A stretch of DNA of 64,000 nucleotides from Vicinamibacterales bacterium (GTDB lineage Bacteria; Acidobacteriota; Vicinamibacteria; Vicinamibacterales; JAMQPK01), in NCBI GenBank assembly GCA_035281225.1, contig DATEEI010000106.1, positions 29,122 to 93,121 of the forward strand. Reading direction: 5' to 3'. The notes below the pieces were generated by a model. The model was not told the DNA's origin and did no database searches. It saw only the letters and a program-made list of their open reading frames with translations. Both the position numbers and the translations under genes were made by a program. Shown here piece after piece: positions 15,159 to 24,595 of the stretch. Position 1 is the stretch's first letter. Each line of letters opens with the position of its first letter.

Positions 15159-16208
15159 CTAAACGGGGGCGACCTCTGCGTCTCGCGTGAGGCCGAGCTC
15201 CTTACGCACGCGTTCTTCGATTTTCTTGAACGTTTCCGGGTTCTCACGCAGGAACGTCTTGGCGTTTTCGCGGCCCTGTCCGAGACGCTCGCCGTTGTAG
15301 GCAAACCACGTCCCGCTCTTTTCGACGATGCGCTTGTCAACCGCGAGGTCGAGGAGATCCCCTTCGCGCGAGATGCCTTCGCCGTACATGACGTCGAACT
15401 CGGCCTCGCGAAATGGGGGAGCGACCTTGTTCTTGACGATCTTGACGCGCGTTCGCCCACCGACGACGGCGTCGCCGTCCTTGATGCTGGCGATGCGCCG
15501 GATGTCGACGCGGACCGATGAGTAGAATTTCAGCGCGCGTCCGCCGGTCGTCGTCTCTGGGTTGCCGAACATGACGCCGATCTTTTCGCGCAGCTGGTTG
15601 ATGAAGATGAGGCAGGTCTTCGATTTCGAGACCACCCCGGTGAGCTTGCGCAGCGCCTGCGACATGAGCCGTGCCTGCATCCCCATCTGCGCGTCGCCCA
15701 TTTCGCCTTCGATCTCGGCGCGGGGCACGAGCGCGGCAACCGAGTCGACGACCACCACGTCAACGCCGCCCGACCGAATGAGCACCTCGACGATTTCCAG
15801 CGCTTGCTCACCGTTGTCCGGTTGCGACACGAGAAGGTTGTCGAGATCGACGCCAAGCTTCTTCGCGTATGCGGCATCGAGCGCATGCTCGGCGTCAACG
15901 AACGCAGAAATGCCGCCGAGCTTCTGCGCTTGCGCGATCACCTGCAGCGCGAGCGTGGTCTTGCCGGACGACTCGGGCCCGAAGATCTCGATGACGCGCC
16001 CACGAGGCATCCCGCCGACGCCGAGCGCGTAATCGATGCTGATGGAACCGGTGGGAATCGAGTCGATCGGCTGGATCGCGCCCTTCTGGCCGAGCCGCAT
16101 GATCGAGCCCTTGCCGAACTGCTTCTCGATCTGGCCGACCGCGAGCTCGACGGCCTTCCCGCGCTCGTTCTTCTCTTCCCGCTCTTGCTTCTCTGGTGAT
16201 GGGGGCAT
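15159..16208 (-). CDS. recA: Recombinase RecA
   Basis: Unambiguous RecA sequence ([12 protein letters not shown] Walker [23 protein letters not shown]). Confidence 0.97.
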   Translation of the reverse strand: MPPSPEKQEREEKNERGKAVELAVGQIEKQFGKGSIMRLGQKGAIQPIDSIPTGSISIDYALGVGGMPRGRVIEIFGPESSGKTTLALQVIAQAQKLGGISAFVDAEHALDAAYAKKLGVDLDNLLVSQPDNGEQALEIVEVLIRSGGVDVVVVDSVAALVPRAEIEGEMGDAQMGMQARLMSQALRKLTGVVSKSKTCLIFINQLREKIGVMFGNPETTTGGRALKFYSSVRVDIRRIASIKDGDAVVGGRTRVKIVKNKVAPPFREAEFDVMYGEGISREGDLLDLAVDKRIVEKSGTWFAYNGERLGQGRENAKTFLRENPETFKKIEERVRKELGLTRDAEVAPV

Positions 16209-16234
16209 ACGCGTTTCTCCTTTGACGTGACGGC

Positions 16235-16263
16235 ATTCTAGGGACGTGCCGGGAGAAAGTCAA
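16235..16263 (-). promoter_or_regulatory. Sigma70-like promoter for recA (TTGACT - 17 nt - TAGAAT), followed by an AAGGAG Shine-Dalgarno sequence
   Basis: Read on the minus strand: cgcTTGACTttctcccggcacgtcccTAGAATgccgtcacgtcaAAGGAGaaacgcgtATG. Confidence 0.5.
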
Positions 16264-16350
16264 GCGAAAATAGGAGTATGAATGCCGACAGATGGCTTAG
16301 TTTCAATTACTTACAGTCACTCACACTTTCGCCCATCGACTTGAGCGGTT

Positions 16351-16365
16351 GAACAGGTGCAGTTC
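16351..16365. promoter_or_regulatory. Palindrome GAAC-N7-GTTC between recA and the ydjM-like gene (candidate operator, possibly LexA-type)
   Basis: GAACAGGTGCAGTTC read directly, 56 nt upstream of ATG 16421. Confidence 0.2.
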
Positions 16366-16420
16366 CTGCCACCGTTGTCTTGAAGCGCATCGTCAAAAAC
16401 TGCCAGTATCTGGGCACTCG

Positions 16421-16978
16421 ATGCCGACCCCAGTTGGACATGCTATTGGTGGCCTTGCCGCCGTGTTGCTGACTCACGCCGGATCTCGCCGCCCATACTT
16501 ATTGTCGCCGGGGTTGCTGCTGGGTGGGGCAGTCGTGGCAATCCTCCCTGACTTGGATATTCTCATCGGCTCGCATCGCACCTACACGCACAGCGTCGGC
16601 GCGATCGTCATCTTCGGTCTGGTGAGCTGGGGGATTCTGCGACGGGGCAGCTCTAATGCCGGCATCGGGACGGCGGCCATGATGGCGGCGTACGCCTCGC
16701 ATCTATTCCTCGATTGGCTCGGCAAGGACACCTCACGCCCGCCGGGCCTGATGATGCTGTGGCCGTTCTCTTCAACGTATTTCCTGTCCGGCTTCGACAT
16801 CTTTGGCGAAGTGTCTCGGCGTTACTGGCGGCTGGACGAATTCATCTTCGGCAACCTCCGCGCGCTGGGATGGGAGATGTTGGTACTCATGCCGGTGCTG
16901 ATAATGGGGTGGGTGGTGTGGAGCAGGAGAACAGTCCAGAGTCCAGAGTCGAGCGTCCAGAGTCCAGGATTTAGATGA
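16421..16978 (+). CDS. YdjM/DUF457-like membrane-bound metal-dependent hydrolase
   Basis: N-terminal MPTPVGHAIGG, LPDLD...HRTYTHS and ASHLFLDWL motifs; multi-TM. Start set at Met25 of the ORF. Confidence 0.65.
   Translation: MPTPVGHAIGGLAAVLLTHAGSRRPYLLSPGLLLGGAVVAILPDLDILIGSHRTYTHSVGAIVIFGLVSWGILRRGSSNAGIGTAAMMAAYASHLFLDWLGKDTSRPPGLMMLWPFSSTYFLSGFDIFGEVSRRYWRLDEFIFGNLRALGWEMLVLMPVLIMGWVVWSRRTVQSPESSVQSPGFR
16934..16968 (+). repeat. Heptanucleotide tandem repeat (GTCCAGA-like x5) in the 3' end of the ydjM-like gene
   Basis: GTCCAGA GTCCAGA GTCGAGC GTCCAGA GTCCAGG, encoding QSPESSVQSP. Confidence 0.7.
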
Positions 16979-17015
16979 GCTGACTGCCGATCGACGATTG
17001 CCGATCGCCGATCGA

Positions 17016-18194
17016 CTAGATTTCGACCGCCATCGCGACTCCGTTCCCTCCGCCCAGACAGAGCGACGCCACGCCGCGCTTGGCGCCGCGTTGTTGCATG
17101 GCATACAACAGCGTCGTCAGCACGCGGGCGCCGCTGGCGCCGATCGGATGGCCGAGCGCGATCGCGCCGCCGTTGACGTTGACGCGCGCGGGGTCGAGGC
17201 CGAACTCCTTGATGATGGCGACCATCTGAGCGGCGAACGCCTCATTGATCTCGAACAGATCCACATCTTCAAGCTTCCAGCCGACCTTTCTCAGTAGCTT
17301 TCTGATCGACTCGATCGGTGTCATTAAAACCAGCTTCGGCGCAAGCCCACTGGTGGCGTAGCCGGCGATGCGCGCCATGGGCACCGCGTTCAACGAAGCT
17401 GCGCGATCCTCGGCCATCACGACGAGCGCTGCCGCTCCGTCGTTGACCCCGGGCGCATTTCCGGCCGTGACCGAGCCGTCTTTCTTAAAGGCAGGCTTCA
17501 GGCGGTTTAACGAATCAGGTGTGGAATCCGGGCGAATCGTCTCATCCTGATCCATGATGATCGCCGCGGCCTTTGGCTGAGGGATCTCGACCGGTATGAT
17601 CTCTGCCTTGAACCGCCCTTCGGCCGCCGCGCGCGCAGCCTTCTGATGACTCTCTGCCGCGTAGGTGTCCTGCGCCTCTCTCGATACACCGAACTGTTCC
17701 GCGACGTACTCGCCGGAGACTCCCATGTGGCAATGCTCGAACGCGCACCACAAGCCGTCGTGAATCATGGCGTCTATCATCGTGGCGTCGCCCATCCGGA
17801 GCCCTTCACGCACGCGGGGTAGCAGATAGGGCGTGTTGCTCATCGATTCCATTCCGCCCGCGACGGCGATCTCGATATCGCCCAGCGAAATGGCCTGTGC
17901 GGCGAGCATCACGGCCTTCAAACCCGATCCGCAGACCTTATTGACGGTGAGCGCGCCCACGTTCTCGTTCAGGCCTCCGTTCAGGGCCGCCTGCCGAGCG
18001 GGGTTCTGTCCGAGACCGGCGGAAATGACGTTGCCGAAGATGCACTCCTCGACGAGCGCCGTGTCGATCCCCGCACGCGCGACGGCATCACGCACGGCTA
18101 TCGCACCGAGCTCGGTCGCTTGAAAGCCTTTCAGCTTGCCGAGAAATTTTCCGGTGGGCAGCCGGGCCGCGCTGACGATAACAGTTGTTCGCAT
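17016..18194 (-). CDS. Acetyl-CoA C-acetyltransferase (thiolase II)
   Basis: [10 protein letters not shown] active-site Cys region, [29 protein letters not shown] and C-terminal [13 protein letters not shown]. Confidence 0.92.
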   Translation of the reverse strand: MRTTVIVSAARLPTGKFLGKLKGFQATELGAIAVRDAVARAGIDTALVEECIFGNVISAGLGQNPARQAALNGGLNENVGALTVNKVCGSGLKAVMLAAQAISLGDIEIAVAGGMESMSNTPYLLPRVREGLRMGDATMIDAMIHDGLWCAFEHCHMGVSGEYVAEQFGVSREAQDTYAAESHQKAARAAAEGRFKAEIIPVEIPQPKAAAIIMDQDETIRPDSTPDSLNRLKPAFKKDGSVTAGNAPGVNDGAAALVVMAEDRAASLNAVPMARIAGYATSGLAPKLVLMTPIESIRKLLRKVGWKLEDVDLFEINEAFAAQMVAIIKEFGLDPARVNVNGGAIALGHPIGASGARVLTTLLYAMQQRGAKRGVASLCLGGGNGVAMAVEI

Positions 18195-18195
18195 C

Positions 18196-18471
18196 TCACT
18201 TCACGACAAGACGTGTGACGCTGTTGGCTCCGAGCAGCGCATGCAGGCGGCTCAGGATCATGGAAGACGATCGCTTCAGCTCCTTGTGCCATCGCTGATC
18301 GGATGGCTGGACCTCGACAGATCCATCGGGCTGCAGTCGGACCGTGCTGACGCGGCAGAGCGCATCGCCAACCGCGACACGCCAGGCGACCTCGAGCTTG
18401 CCCTGCGATATCGGTCCGCGACTGAACAAGTCAGCGAGCGCGCGCGGGACGAGAGTGTGAATGGCGTCCAT
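18196..18471 (-). CDS. DUF721/DciA-like small protein
   Basis: About 90 aa, with the pattern W..AVG..L...T..V.L..DGSV.V...S..W..EL......IL.RL resembling DUF721. Recognition is moderate. Confidence 0.45.
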   Translation of the reverse strand: MDAIHTLVPRALADLFSRGPISQGKLEVAWRVAVGDALCRVSTVRLQPDGSVEVQPSDQRWHKELKRSSSMILSRLHALLGANSVTRLVVK

Positions 18472-18509
18472 TGCGGTAGTGCGGGCCTTTAGGCCGGTCG
18501 TCTGCAGTG

Positions 18510-18515
18510 TAACAT
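18510..18515 (+). promoter_or_regulatory. -10-like hexamer TAACAT 9 nt upstream of the maf ATG (possible leaderless transcript)
   Basis: Read directly: tgTAACATtgcgctgctATG. Confidence 0.3.
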
Positions 18516-18524
18516 TGCGCTGCT

Positions 18525-19109
18525 ATGCGCCTGATTCTCGCATCGGCATCGCCGCGACGTGCAGAACTGCTGCGCGCCGCCGGCATTTCGTTCGATGTTT
18601 TCCCGGTCGAGATCGATGAGCGCTTCCATGAGCGCGAGAGGCCGGAACAGGCCGTCGCGCGGGTCGCCGAAGCGAAAGCCCGAACCGCGGCCGCACTCCA
18701 TCCCGATAGTGTCGTGCTCGGCGCCGACACGACGGTCGTCATTCGTGGCGAAGTGTTGGGCAAACCGGCTGATGCGCCCGACGCCGCCCGGATGCTCAGG
18801 TTGCTGTCGGGATGCACGCACGATGTGCTGACGGGCCTCTGCGTGTTCGCGCAGGAGCGCCATCTGGTTCACGTCGAGCCGACTCGCGTACGGATGGCCA
18901 GCTTGAGCGACGCGGAAATCGCCTGGTACGTATCCACAGGAGAAGCCGCCGACAAAGCCGGCGCGTACGCCATTCAGGGCCTCGCGTCGCGGTTTATCGA
19001 GGGAATCGAGGGCTCGTACTCGAACGTCGTCGGGCTGCCGATCTCCCGCGTCTGCGAGCTTTTGAGGCAGCTTGGCTGTGATATTCTGGGAACGACGAAA
19101 ACCCAGTAA
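18525..19109 (+). CDS. maf: Maf-like nucleoside triphosphate pyrophosphatase
   Basis: MRLILASASPRRAELL..., GADTVV, KAGAYAIQG and SNVVGLP motifs. Confidence 0.9.
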   Translation: MRLILASASPRRAELLRAAGISFDVFPVEIDERFHERERPEQAVARVAEAKARTAAALHPDSVVLGADTTVVIRGEVLGKPADAPDAARMLRLLSGCTHDVLTGLCVFAQERHLVHVEPTRVRMASLSDAEIAWYVSTGEAADKAGAYAIQGLASRFIEGIEGSYSNVVGLPISRVCELLRQLGCDILGTTKTQ

Positions 19110-19131
19110 AAGCGCAGATTCAAGACAGTTC

Positions 19132-19578
19132 ATGGCAAATAAATTTGCGAAGATTGCTGTCACGGCCGTTGTTCTTCTTTCAGCCTTCGGCGGGCTGCTG
19201 TGGTACTCCCTCCGGCAGGACGCTGCCTACTACATGCATGTGGACGAGGTGATGGTCAGCCCCGGCCAGTGGCGGGGCAAGTCGCTTCAGCTTCACGGCT
19301 TTGTCGTGAAGGGCACGTGGATGCAGAAGCCCAACACGCTGGAGTATCAGTTCAAGGTCGAGAACAAAGGCAGCGTCGTGCACGCGGCCTATACGGGAAT
19401 TCTGCCGGATACCTTCAAAGACGAAGCCGAAGTCGTCCTCAAAGGGCGGCTCGTCAGCGATAGCAGTTTCCAGGTGGAACCGAACGGCGTCATGGCGAAG
19501 TGCCCCTCGAAGTACGAAGAAGCGAAACCTGGATACGACCTGAAGTCGAAGGAACCCGCGACCAGCACGAGCAACTGA
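19132..19578 (+). CDS. ccmE: Cytochrome c maturation haem chaperone CcmE, Cys-type (CxxxY) variant
   Basis: N-terminal anchor, OB-fold core (LQLHGFVVKG...VVHAAYTGILPDTFKDEAEVVLKGRL). The haem-binding site reads MAKCPSKYEE, where classical CcmE has LAKHDENY. Confidence 0.85.
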   Translation: MANKFAKIAVTAVVLLSAFGGLLWYSLRQDAAYYMHVDEVMVSPGQWRGKSLQLHGFVVKGTWMQKPNTLEYQFKVENKGSVVHAAYTGILPDTFKDEAEVVLKGRLVSDSSFQVEPNGVMAKCPSKYEEAKPGYDLKSKEPATSTSN

Positions 19579-19582
19579 TCAC

Positions 19583-22060
19583 ATGGCCACCCTCGGATAC
19601 TTCGTTCTTCTGTCGACATTCGTCGTCTGCAGTTATGCCGTGGCAGCCTCGGTTGCCGGCGCACGACGCGGCTCGAAAAGGCTCGTGGACAGTGGCATCG
19701 GCGCGTTCCACCTCGTGACCGCGCTGATGGTGATGGCGTCCGTGCTGATGGTGCAGGCGTTCGTCACGGACGATTTCTCCATCAGGTACGTCTGGAAATA
19801 TTCGGATTCCGTGCAGCCGCTGTTCTTCAAGATCACTTCCTACTGGGGTGGCCTCGACGGCTCCATCATGTTCTGGGTGTTCCTGCTGGCGTGCTTCGGC
19901 AGCGTGGCGGTACAGGTCAACCGCGACAGCCATCGCGAGCTCATTCCCTACGTTGTGGCGGTGATTGCAGGGGTGCAGATGTTCTTTCTGTTCCTCATGC
20001 TCATCCACAACAACCCGTTCGACACGTTCCTCACCGCAGTGCCGCCGGACGGCAAGGGACTGAACCCGCTGCTGCAGAACGTGTACATGGTGATTCACCC
20101 GCCGTCGCTCTATATCGGGTTGGTCGGCATGACCATCCCGTTCGCATTCGGCATGGCCGCGCTCATCACGGGGCACCTCGACGATGCCTGGCTGCGCGCG
20201 GTGCGGCGCTGGACGATGTTCGCGTGGATCTTCCTGTCGTTCGGCCTCACGCTCGGTATGATCTGGGCGTACGAAGAGCTCGGCTGGGGCGGGTTCTGGG
20301 GCTGGGATCCCGTGGAGAACGCAGGCCTGCTGCCGTGGTTTACGGCGACGGCCTTCTTCCATTCGGTGATGGTGCAGGAGCGTCGCAGCATGCTGCGCGT
20401 GTGGAACGTCACGCTCGTGATCCTCACGTTCTTTCTGACGATTTTCGCCACGTTCATGACGCGCTCGGGCATCGTGCAGTCGGTGCACTCGTTCGGCGAG
20501 AACCCCGAGCTGGCGATGATGTTCAGCGTCTTCATGATCGTGGTGCTGGTGTTCAGCTTCGGGCTCGTGATCTACAGATTGCCGCTGCTGCGCGCGAGCA
20601 ACGAGCTCGACTCGTGGGCGTCGCGCGAAGCGGCGTTCTTGGTGAACAACTGGATTCTGCTGTTCTGCGCGTTCTTCGTGCTGTTCGCGACCATGTTTCC
20701 CACGATTAGCGAGGCCTTGACGGGGGAGCGGCTGACTGTAGGCCCGCCGTTCTTCAACCGGTGGATGCTCCCGATCGGCCTCATGCTCCTGCTGCTGACC
20801 GGCATCGGACCGCTGCTCGCCTGGCGGAAATCGAGCGTCGAGAATCTCCGGTATCAGTTTCTCTGGCCGACGGTTTGTGGGGCGACGACTGCGGTGCTCG
20901 TCCTCGCCTTGGGCGTGCGAGTCTGGTCGTCGGGAATCTGCTTCGCCTTTTCAGCCTTCGTGCTTGGAACGATCAGCCAGGAATTCTGGCGGGGCGCCGT
21001 GATCCGCCGCAAGAGCACCGGTACCGATCTGTTCACGGCAGCGATTGGCCTGGTCGGGCGTTCGCGGCGTCGCTACGGCGGCTACATCGTCCACGTCGGC
21101 ATCGTCCTCATGTTTCTGGGCTTCGCAGGGCAGGGCTTCAAGAAGTCCGAGCAGGTGCTGCTGAAGCCGGGGCAGCAAACCACCGTCGGGGACTACACCG
21201 TCCGCATGGACGCGCTACGTATCACCCAGGACGACTCGAAGCAGATGGTAACGGGGCATTTCACGGCGTTCAAGAACGGAAAAGAAATTGGCAAGATGTA
21301 TCCCGCTCGCTGGCTCTTCCATAAGCACGAGGAACCGACGACCGAAGTGGCGATTCGCCGGATGTGGGACGAGGACCTCTACCTTGTGCTGCCGTCCTAT
21401 CAGGTGAACACTCAGTCGGCCAGCGTGGATATTGTCGTCAACCCGCTGATCAACTGGATCTGGGTCGGCTTCGCCGTGATGGCGTTCGGAACGACGATTG
21501 TCTTGCTCCCCGAGCGGACGTTCGCGTTCGCGATGGCGAAGTTCCCGGCTGAAGCCGCGACTACAGCCGGCATGCTGCTGCTGATGGCGAGTCTTGCTGG
21601 CCCGGCGTTCGCACAGCACGTAGAAACCGAGACGAACGTTCCTCTCGCGATCTATTCTCCGCTGGAGCGGGAGCTGCACGGAGACATCATCTGCATGTGC
21701 GGAACCTGCGGCCGCAAGAATCTGGCAGAGTGTACCTGCAGTAAAGCTGCTGATATGCGCGCCGAGATCACAGGTCTCGTAAAAGAAGGCAAGAATCACG
21801 AAGACGTTATTCAGTACTACGTTGCCAAGTACGGCAGTCAGGAACCGCTCGCGTCGCCCATCGACAAAGGCTTCAATCGGTTGGCCTGGTTGTTTCCGTA
21901 TGCCATCGGCGGTTTCGGCGCTGTTGCTGGAGCGTTCGTGGTGAGGAAGTGGTCCCGCCGAAGCGAGACTTCCGTGCCGGTCTTGGCGACGGCACCAGCG
22001 TCCGCCGATGATGCGGCGCTTCAGGCGCGCCTCGACCGCGAGCTCGAAAATCTCGATTAA
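19583..22060 (+). CDS. ccmF: CcmF haem lyase fused to a C-terminal CcmH-like thiol-oxidoreductase domain
   Basis: WWD motif WGGFWGWDPVENAGLLPWF and about 15 TM segments. The C-terminal ~150 aa carry ICMCGTCGRKNLAECTC...VIQYYVAKYGSQEPLASP plus a TM segment, which matches the CcmH family pattern. Confidence 0.85.
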   Translation: MATLGYFVLLSTFVVCSYAVAASVAGARRGSKRLVDSGIGAFHLVTALMVMASVLMVQAFVTDDFSIRYVWKYSDSVQPLFFKITSYWGGLDGSIMFWVFLLACFGSVAVQVNRDSHRELIPYVVAVIAGVQMFFLFLMLIHNNPFDTFLTAVPPDGKGLNPLLQNVYMVIHPPSLYIGLVGMTIPFAFGMAALITGHLDDAWLRAVRRWTMFAWIFLSFGLTLGMIWAYEELGWGGFWGWDPVENAGLLPWFTATAFFHSVMVQERRSMLRVWNVTLVILTFFLTIFATFMTRSGIVQSVHSFGENPELAMMFSVFMIVVLVFSFGLVIYRLPLLRASNELDSWASREAAFLVNNWILLFCAFFVLFATMFPTISEALTGERLTVGPPFFNRWMLPIGLMLLLLTGIGPLLAWRKSSVENLRYQFLWPTVCGATTAVLVLALGVRVWSSGICFAFSAFVLGTISQEFWRGAVIRRKSTGTDLFTAAIGLVGRSRRRYGGYIVHVGIVLMFLGFAGQGFKKSEQVLLKPGQQTTVGDYTVRMDALRITQDDSKQMVTGHFTAFKNGKEIGKMYPARWLFHKHEEPTTEVAIRRMWDEDLYLVLPSYQVNTQSASVDIVVNPLINWIWVGFAVMAFGTTIVLLPERTFAFAMAKFPAEAATTAGMLLLMASLAGPAFAQHVETETNVPLAIYSPLERELHGDIICMCGTCGRKNLAECTCSKAADMRAEITGLVKEGKNHEDVIQYYVAKYGSQEPLASPIDKGFNRLAWLFPYAIGGFGAVAGAFVVRKWSRRSETSVPVLATAPASADDAALQARLDRELENLD

Positions 22061-23879
22061 TCCCTTGCCTCCAACCTCACCGACGTCCGACCAGCTGCGG
22101 CCGTGGCAATTCTTCACACTTGGCGGGCTCGTTTGCGCGACCGTCGCCGTGTTCGTGATTCGCGGTACCAGCGCGGAAAATCTCATCCTGGTTTGTCTCG
22201 GCGTCTTTGCGGCCGCCCTCGTTGGACTCGCGGCGCTCAACGCGCTGCGTCCGCTTGTGACGGGCGAAACGCGTGAGCCCGAGATGGTTGGCGGAAACAC
22301 GCGCGCAGCCATCGAACGCGAGAAGAACCTCGTGCTGCGGTCCATCAAAGAGCTGGAGTTCGACCACGCGATGGGCAAGGTCGCGGAGGGCGACTACGAA
22401 GAAATGGTCGGCCGGCTCCGCTCGCGCGCCGTGCGACTGCTGGAGCAACTCGACAAGTCGGGCAGCGGATACCGGGAGATCATCGAGCGAGAGCTCGCGA
22501 GCCGGCTGGTGAAGGCTGGGACAACCTCGCTCCGTGACGCTGATGCCTCAAGGCAGATGGCAGAGGGCAAAGGGCAGGAAACGGCGGCCCAGGACTTCAG
22601 TCCTGGCATCTGTGCGCAGTGCGGCACCTCAAACGACGCCGACGCGCGTTTCTGCAAATCCTGCGGCACGAAGGTGCTGGCGCTGTTCCTCGCCCTCTTT
22701 ATTCCTTTTTCCTTCTTCCTTTTTCCTTTCACCACCCCAGCCTTCGCGCAGCTCCAGATGCCGGATCCCAAACAGATGTCCGGCATTCCGAGGCCGGTCA
22801 CAGATCTCCCCACAGGGCACGTGTCCGTTCGGCTGATTCGCGGGCAGCTCTCGAACAACATTCAAGGTCACCCCGTGGAAATACACGCGGGTGGAAAGAT
22901 CCTCACCATCAAGACCGATGAGAACGGGCGCGCGCAGTTCAGCGGCGTTGCCACGGGGACGACCGTCAAGGCCGTGGCTGTCGTAGACGGCGAGCGTCTC
23001 GAGTCGCAGGATTTTCCGTGGCCGGGTGATGGCGGCATTCGCGTGATGCTGGTCGCAACGGCGAAGGGCGGCGAAGCCCCGCTGCCGGTCTTCCAGCCGG
23101 TGGCAGGTAACGTCATGCTCGGCGATCAGACGCGGGTCATCATCGATCCGGAAGACGGCTCGCTACAGGTGTATTACATCCTCGATATTCAGAACAGCGC
23201 GCGTGCGCCGGTCAATCCATCCTCCGCGGTGTTCATGGACATGCCGACGGGTGCACAAACCACGACGATTCTGCGCGGCGGACCTCAGGCGGTCGCGCGG
23301 GGCGATCGCGTAACCGTTACCGGGCCGTTCGCCCCAGGGGCAACACCGGTGGAGGTGGCCTATCGCATGCCGTTCGACACGGGCGACGTCACCATTCAGC
23401 AAACGATGTCGCTTCCCGTTCCCGGTCTCGCTGTGCTCATCAAGAAGGTCGGCGATCTGGGCATGACGTCGCCCCAATTGCCGAACGTCCAGGAGCGCGA
23501 GTTCGACGGCGAGCGGTACATCCTTGGACAAGGTCCGGCGATTCCAGCGGGCGGCATTCTGACATTGAACATCTCCGGACTCCCGCACAAGAGTCCCATC
23601 CCGCGCCGGCTTGCGCTGGTCCTGGCCCTTCTCATGATCGGGGGAGGGACCTGGGCAGCGACGAGAACGCCATCCAAGAGCGCCGATACCGGACGGACAA
23701 AGCAGTTGACGACCCGGCGCGAGAAACTATTCGGCGATCTCGTCCGTCTCGAACAGCAGAAGCGGGCGGGCGACGTCGACGCGGCGCGATACGCCGAACG
23801 CCGCACGACGCTGATCGCTCAACTCGAACGCGTCTATCGCGATCTGGACGCCCAGGGCGGCCAGGGCGCTGTCGCGTGA
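22008..23879 (+). CDS. Membrane protein with zinc-ribbon and carboxypeptidase-regulatory-like domain, embedded in the ccm operon (function unknown)
   Basis: Two N-terminal TM segments, coiled region REKNLVLRSIKELEFDHAMGKVAEGDYEEM, zinc ribbon CAQCGTSNDADARFCKSCG, a Phe-rich TM segment, a beta-rich ectodomain, and a C-terminal TM followed by a second coiled region. The start is uncertain: ATG 22008 overlaps ccmF, and TTG 22065 is 5 nt after the ccmF stop. Confidence 0.5.
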   Translation: MMRRFRRASTASSKISINPLPPTSPTSDQLRPWQFFTLGGLVCATVAVFVIRGTSAENLILVCLGVFAAALVGLAALNALRPLVTGETREPEMVGGNTRAAIEREKNLVLRSIKELEFDHAMGKVAEGDYEEMVGRLRSRAVRLLEQLDKSGSGYREIIERELASRLVKAGTTSLRDADASRQMAEGKGQETAAQDFSPGICAQCGTSNDADARFCKSCGTKVLALFLALFIPFSFFLFPFTTPAFAQLQMPDPKQMSGIPRPVTDLPTGHVSVRLIRGQLSNNIQGHPVEIHAGGKILTIKTDENGRAQFSGVATGTTVKAVAVVDGERLESQDFPWPGDGGIRVMLVATAKGGEAPLPVFQPVAGNVMLGDQTRVIIDPEDGSLQVYYILDIQNSARAPVNPSSAVFMDMPTGAQTTTILRGGPQAVARGDRVTVTGPFAPGATPVEVAYRMPFDTGDVTIQQTMSLPVPGLAVLIKKVGDLGMTSPQLPNVQEREFDGERYILGQGPAIPAGGILTLNISGLPHKSPIPRRLALVLALLMIGGGTWAATRTPSKSADTGRTKQLTTRREKLFGDLVRLEQQKRAGDVDAARYAERRTTLIAQLERVYRDLDAQGGQGAVA

Positions 23880-24595
23880 GCGTCGACTTCCTCGATCTCT
23901 CCATCCGCGAGCTGAGCCGCAATTTCGCCCGTCGCCGCGCGCTTTCGCGCGTGACGTTCGACTGTCGTGCCGGTGAAATCGTTGGCCTGCTTGGGCCGAA
24001 CGGCGCCGGCAAGTCGACGCTGCTGTCGATCGTGTCGACGCTGATGAGCCCGTCTTCCGGCGATGTGCGTTATGGGACCCTCACGGCAGGCGAGGGCGGC
24101 GCGGATCTTCGCAGCAGACTGGGTGTCCTCTCACACGATCTGCACCTGTACTCCGAGCTGACCGCGCGCGAGAACCTGGCCTTCTTCGCTGCGTTGTATG
24201 ACGTCGCCGATGCTGACGCGAGGATTGCCCGAGCGCTGGACCGTGCGCGCCTGGCAGATCGCGCCGATGATACGGTGCAGCGTTTTTCGCGGGGGATGCG
24301 GCAGCGTCTCGCGCTGGAGCGGGCGCTGCTGCATGCGCCGAGGCTGCTGCTGCTCGACGAGCCATTCACCGGTCTCGACGATCGCTCGACGCAGACGCTG
24401 ATAGAACGGCTCGGCGCGCTCAAGGCTGAGGGATGTATCACGTTGCTCGCCACGCACGACCTTGATGTGGCCGAAGCGGTTCTCGATCGCGCGGTCGTCT
24501 TGAACGATGGCCGGCTCGTGGCGGTAGAGACAGACGTCAAGGACCTCCGCCGGCGTTACCGCGCACACGTTCAGCGGCCTGTGCACGTCTCATGA
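23876..24595 (+). CDS. ccmA: Haem exporter ATP-binding protein CcmA
   Basis: Walker A GPNGAGKST, ABC signature FSRGMRQRL, Walker B LLLDEPFTGLD. Start/stop overlap (GTGA) with the upstream gene. Confidence 0.85.
   Translation: MSVDFLDLSIRELSRNFARRRALSRVTFDCRAGEIVGLLGPNGAGKSTLLSIVSTLMSPSSGDVRYGTLTAGEGGADLRSRLGVLSHDLHLYSELTARENLAFFAALYDVADADARIARALDRARLADRADDTVQRFSRGMRQRLALERALLHAPRLLLLDEPFTGLDDRSTQTLIERLGALKAEGCITLLATHDLDVAEAVLDRAVVLNDGRLVAVETDVKDLRRRYRAHVQRPVHVS

Noticed and set aside
16222-16231. 10-mer GTCACGTCAA shared by the recA 5' region (minus strand) and the region upstream of the OM barrel gene (60741-60750).
   Set aside because: A single shared 10-mer in 128 kb of two-strand sequence is within chance expectation once many comparisons are made. 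There is no third copy or dyad partner.
16278-16352. 24-codon ORF (MNADRWLSFNYLQSLTLSPIDLSG) in the recA/ydjM-like intergenic region, with GGAG just upstream.
   Set aside because: It is too short, the Shine-Dalgarno spacing is poor, and conservation cannot be assessed. It is noted only because its stop lies in the GAAC-N7-GTTC dyad.
19490-22378. Antisense ORFs 19490-20488 (332 aa) and 21215-22378 (387 aa) opposite ccmF.
   Set aside because: Same GC-rich off-frame signature (His/Arg/Glu/Pro-rich). The sense strand encodes an unambiguous CcmF.
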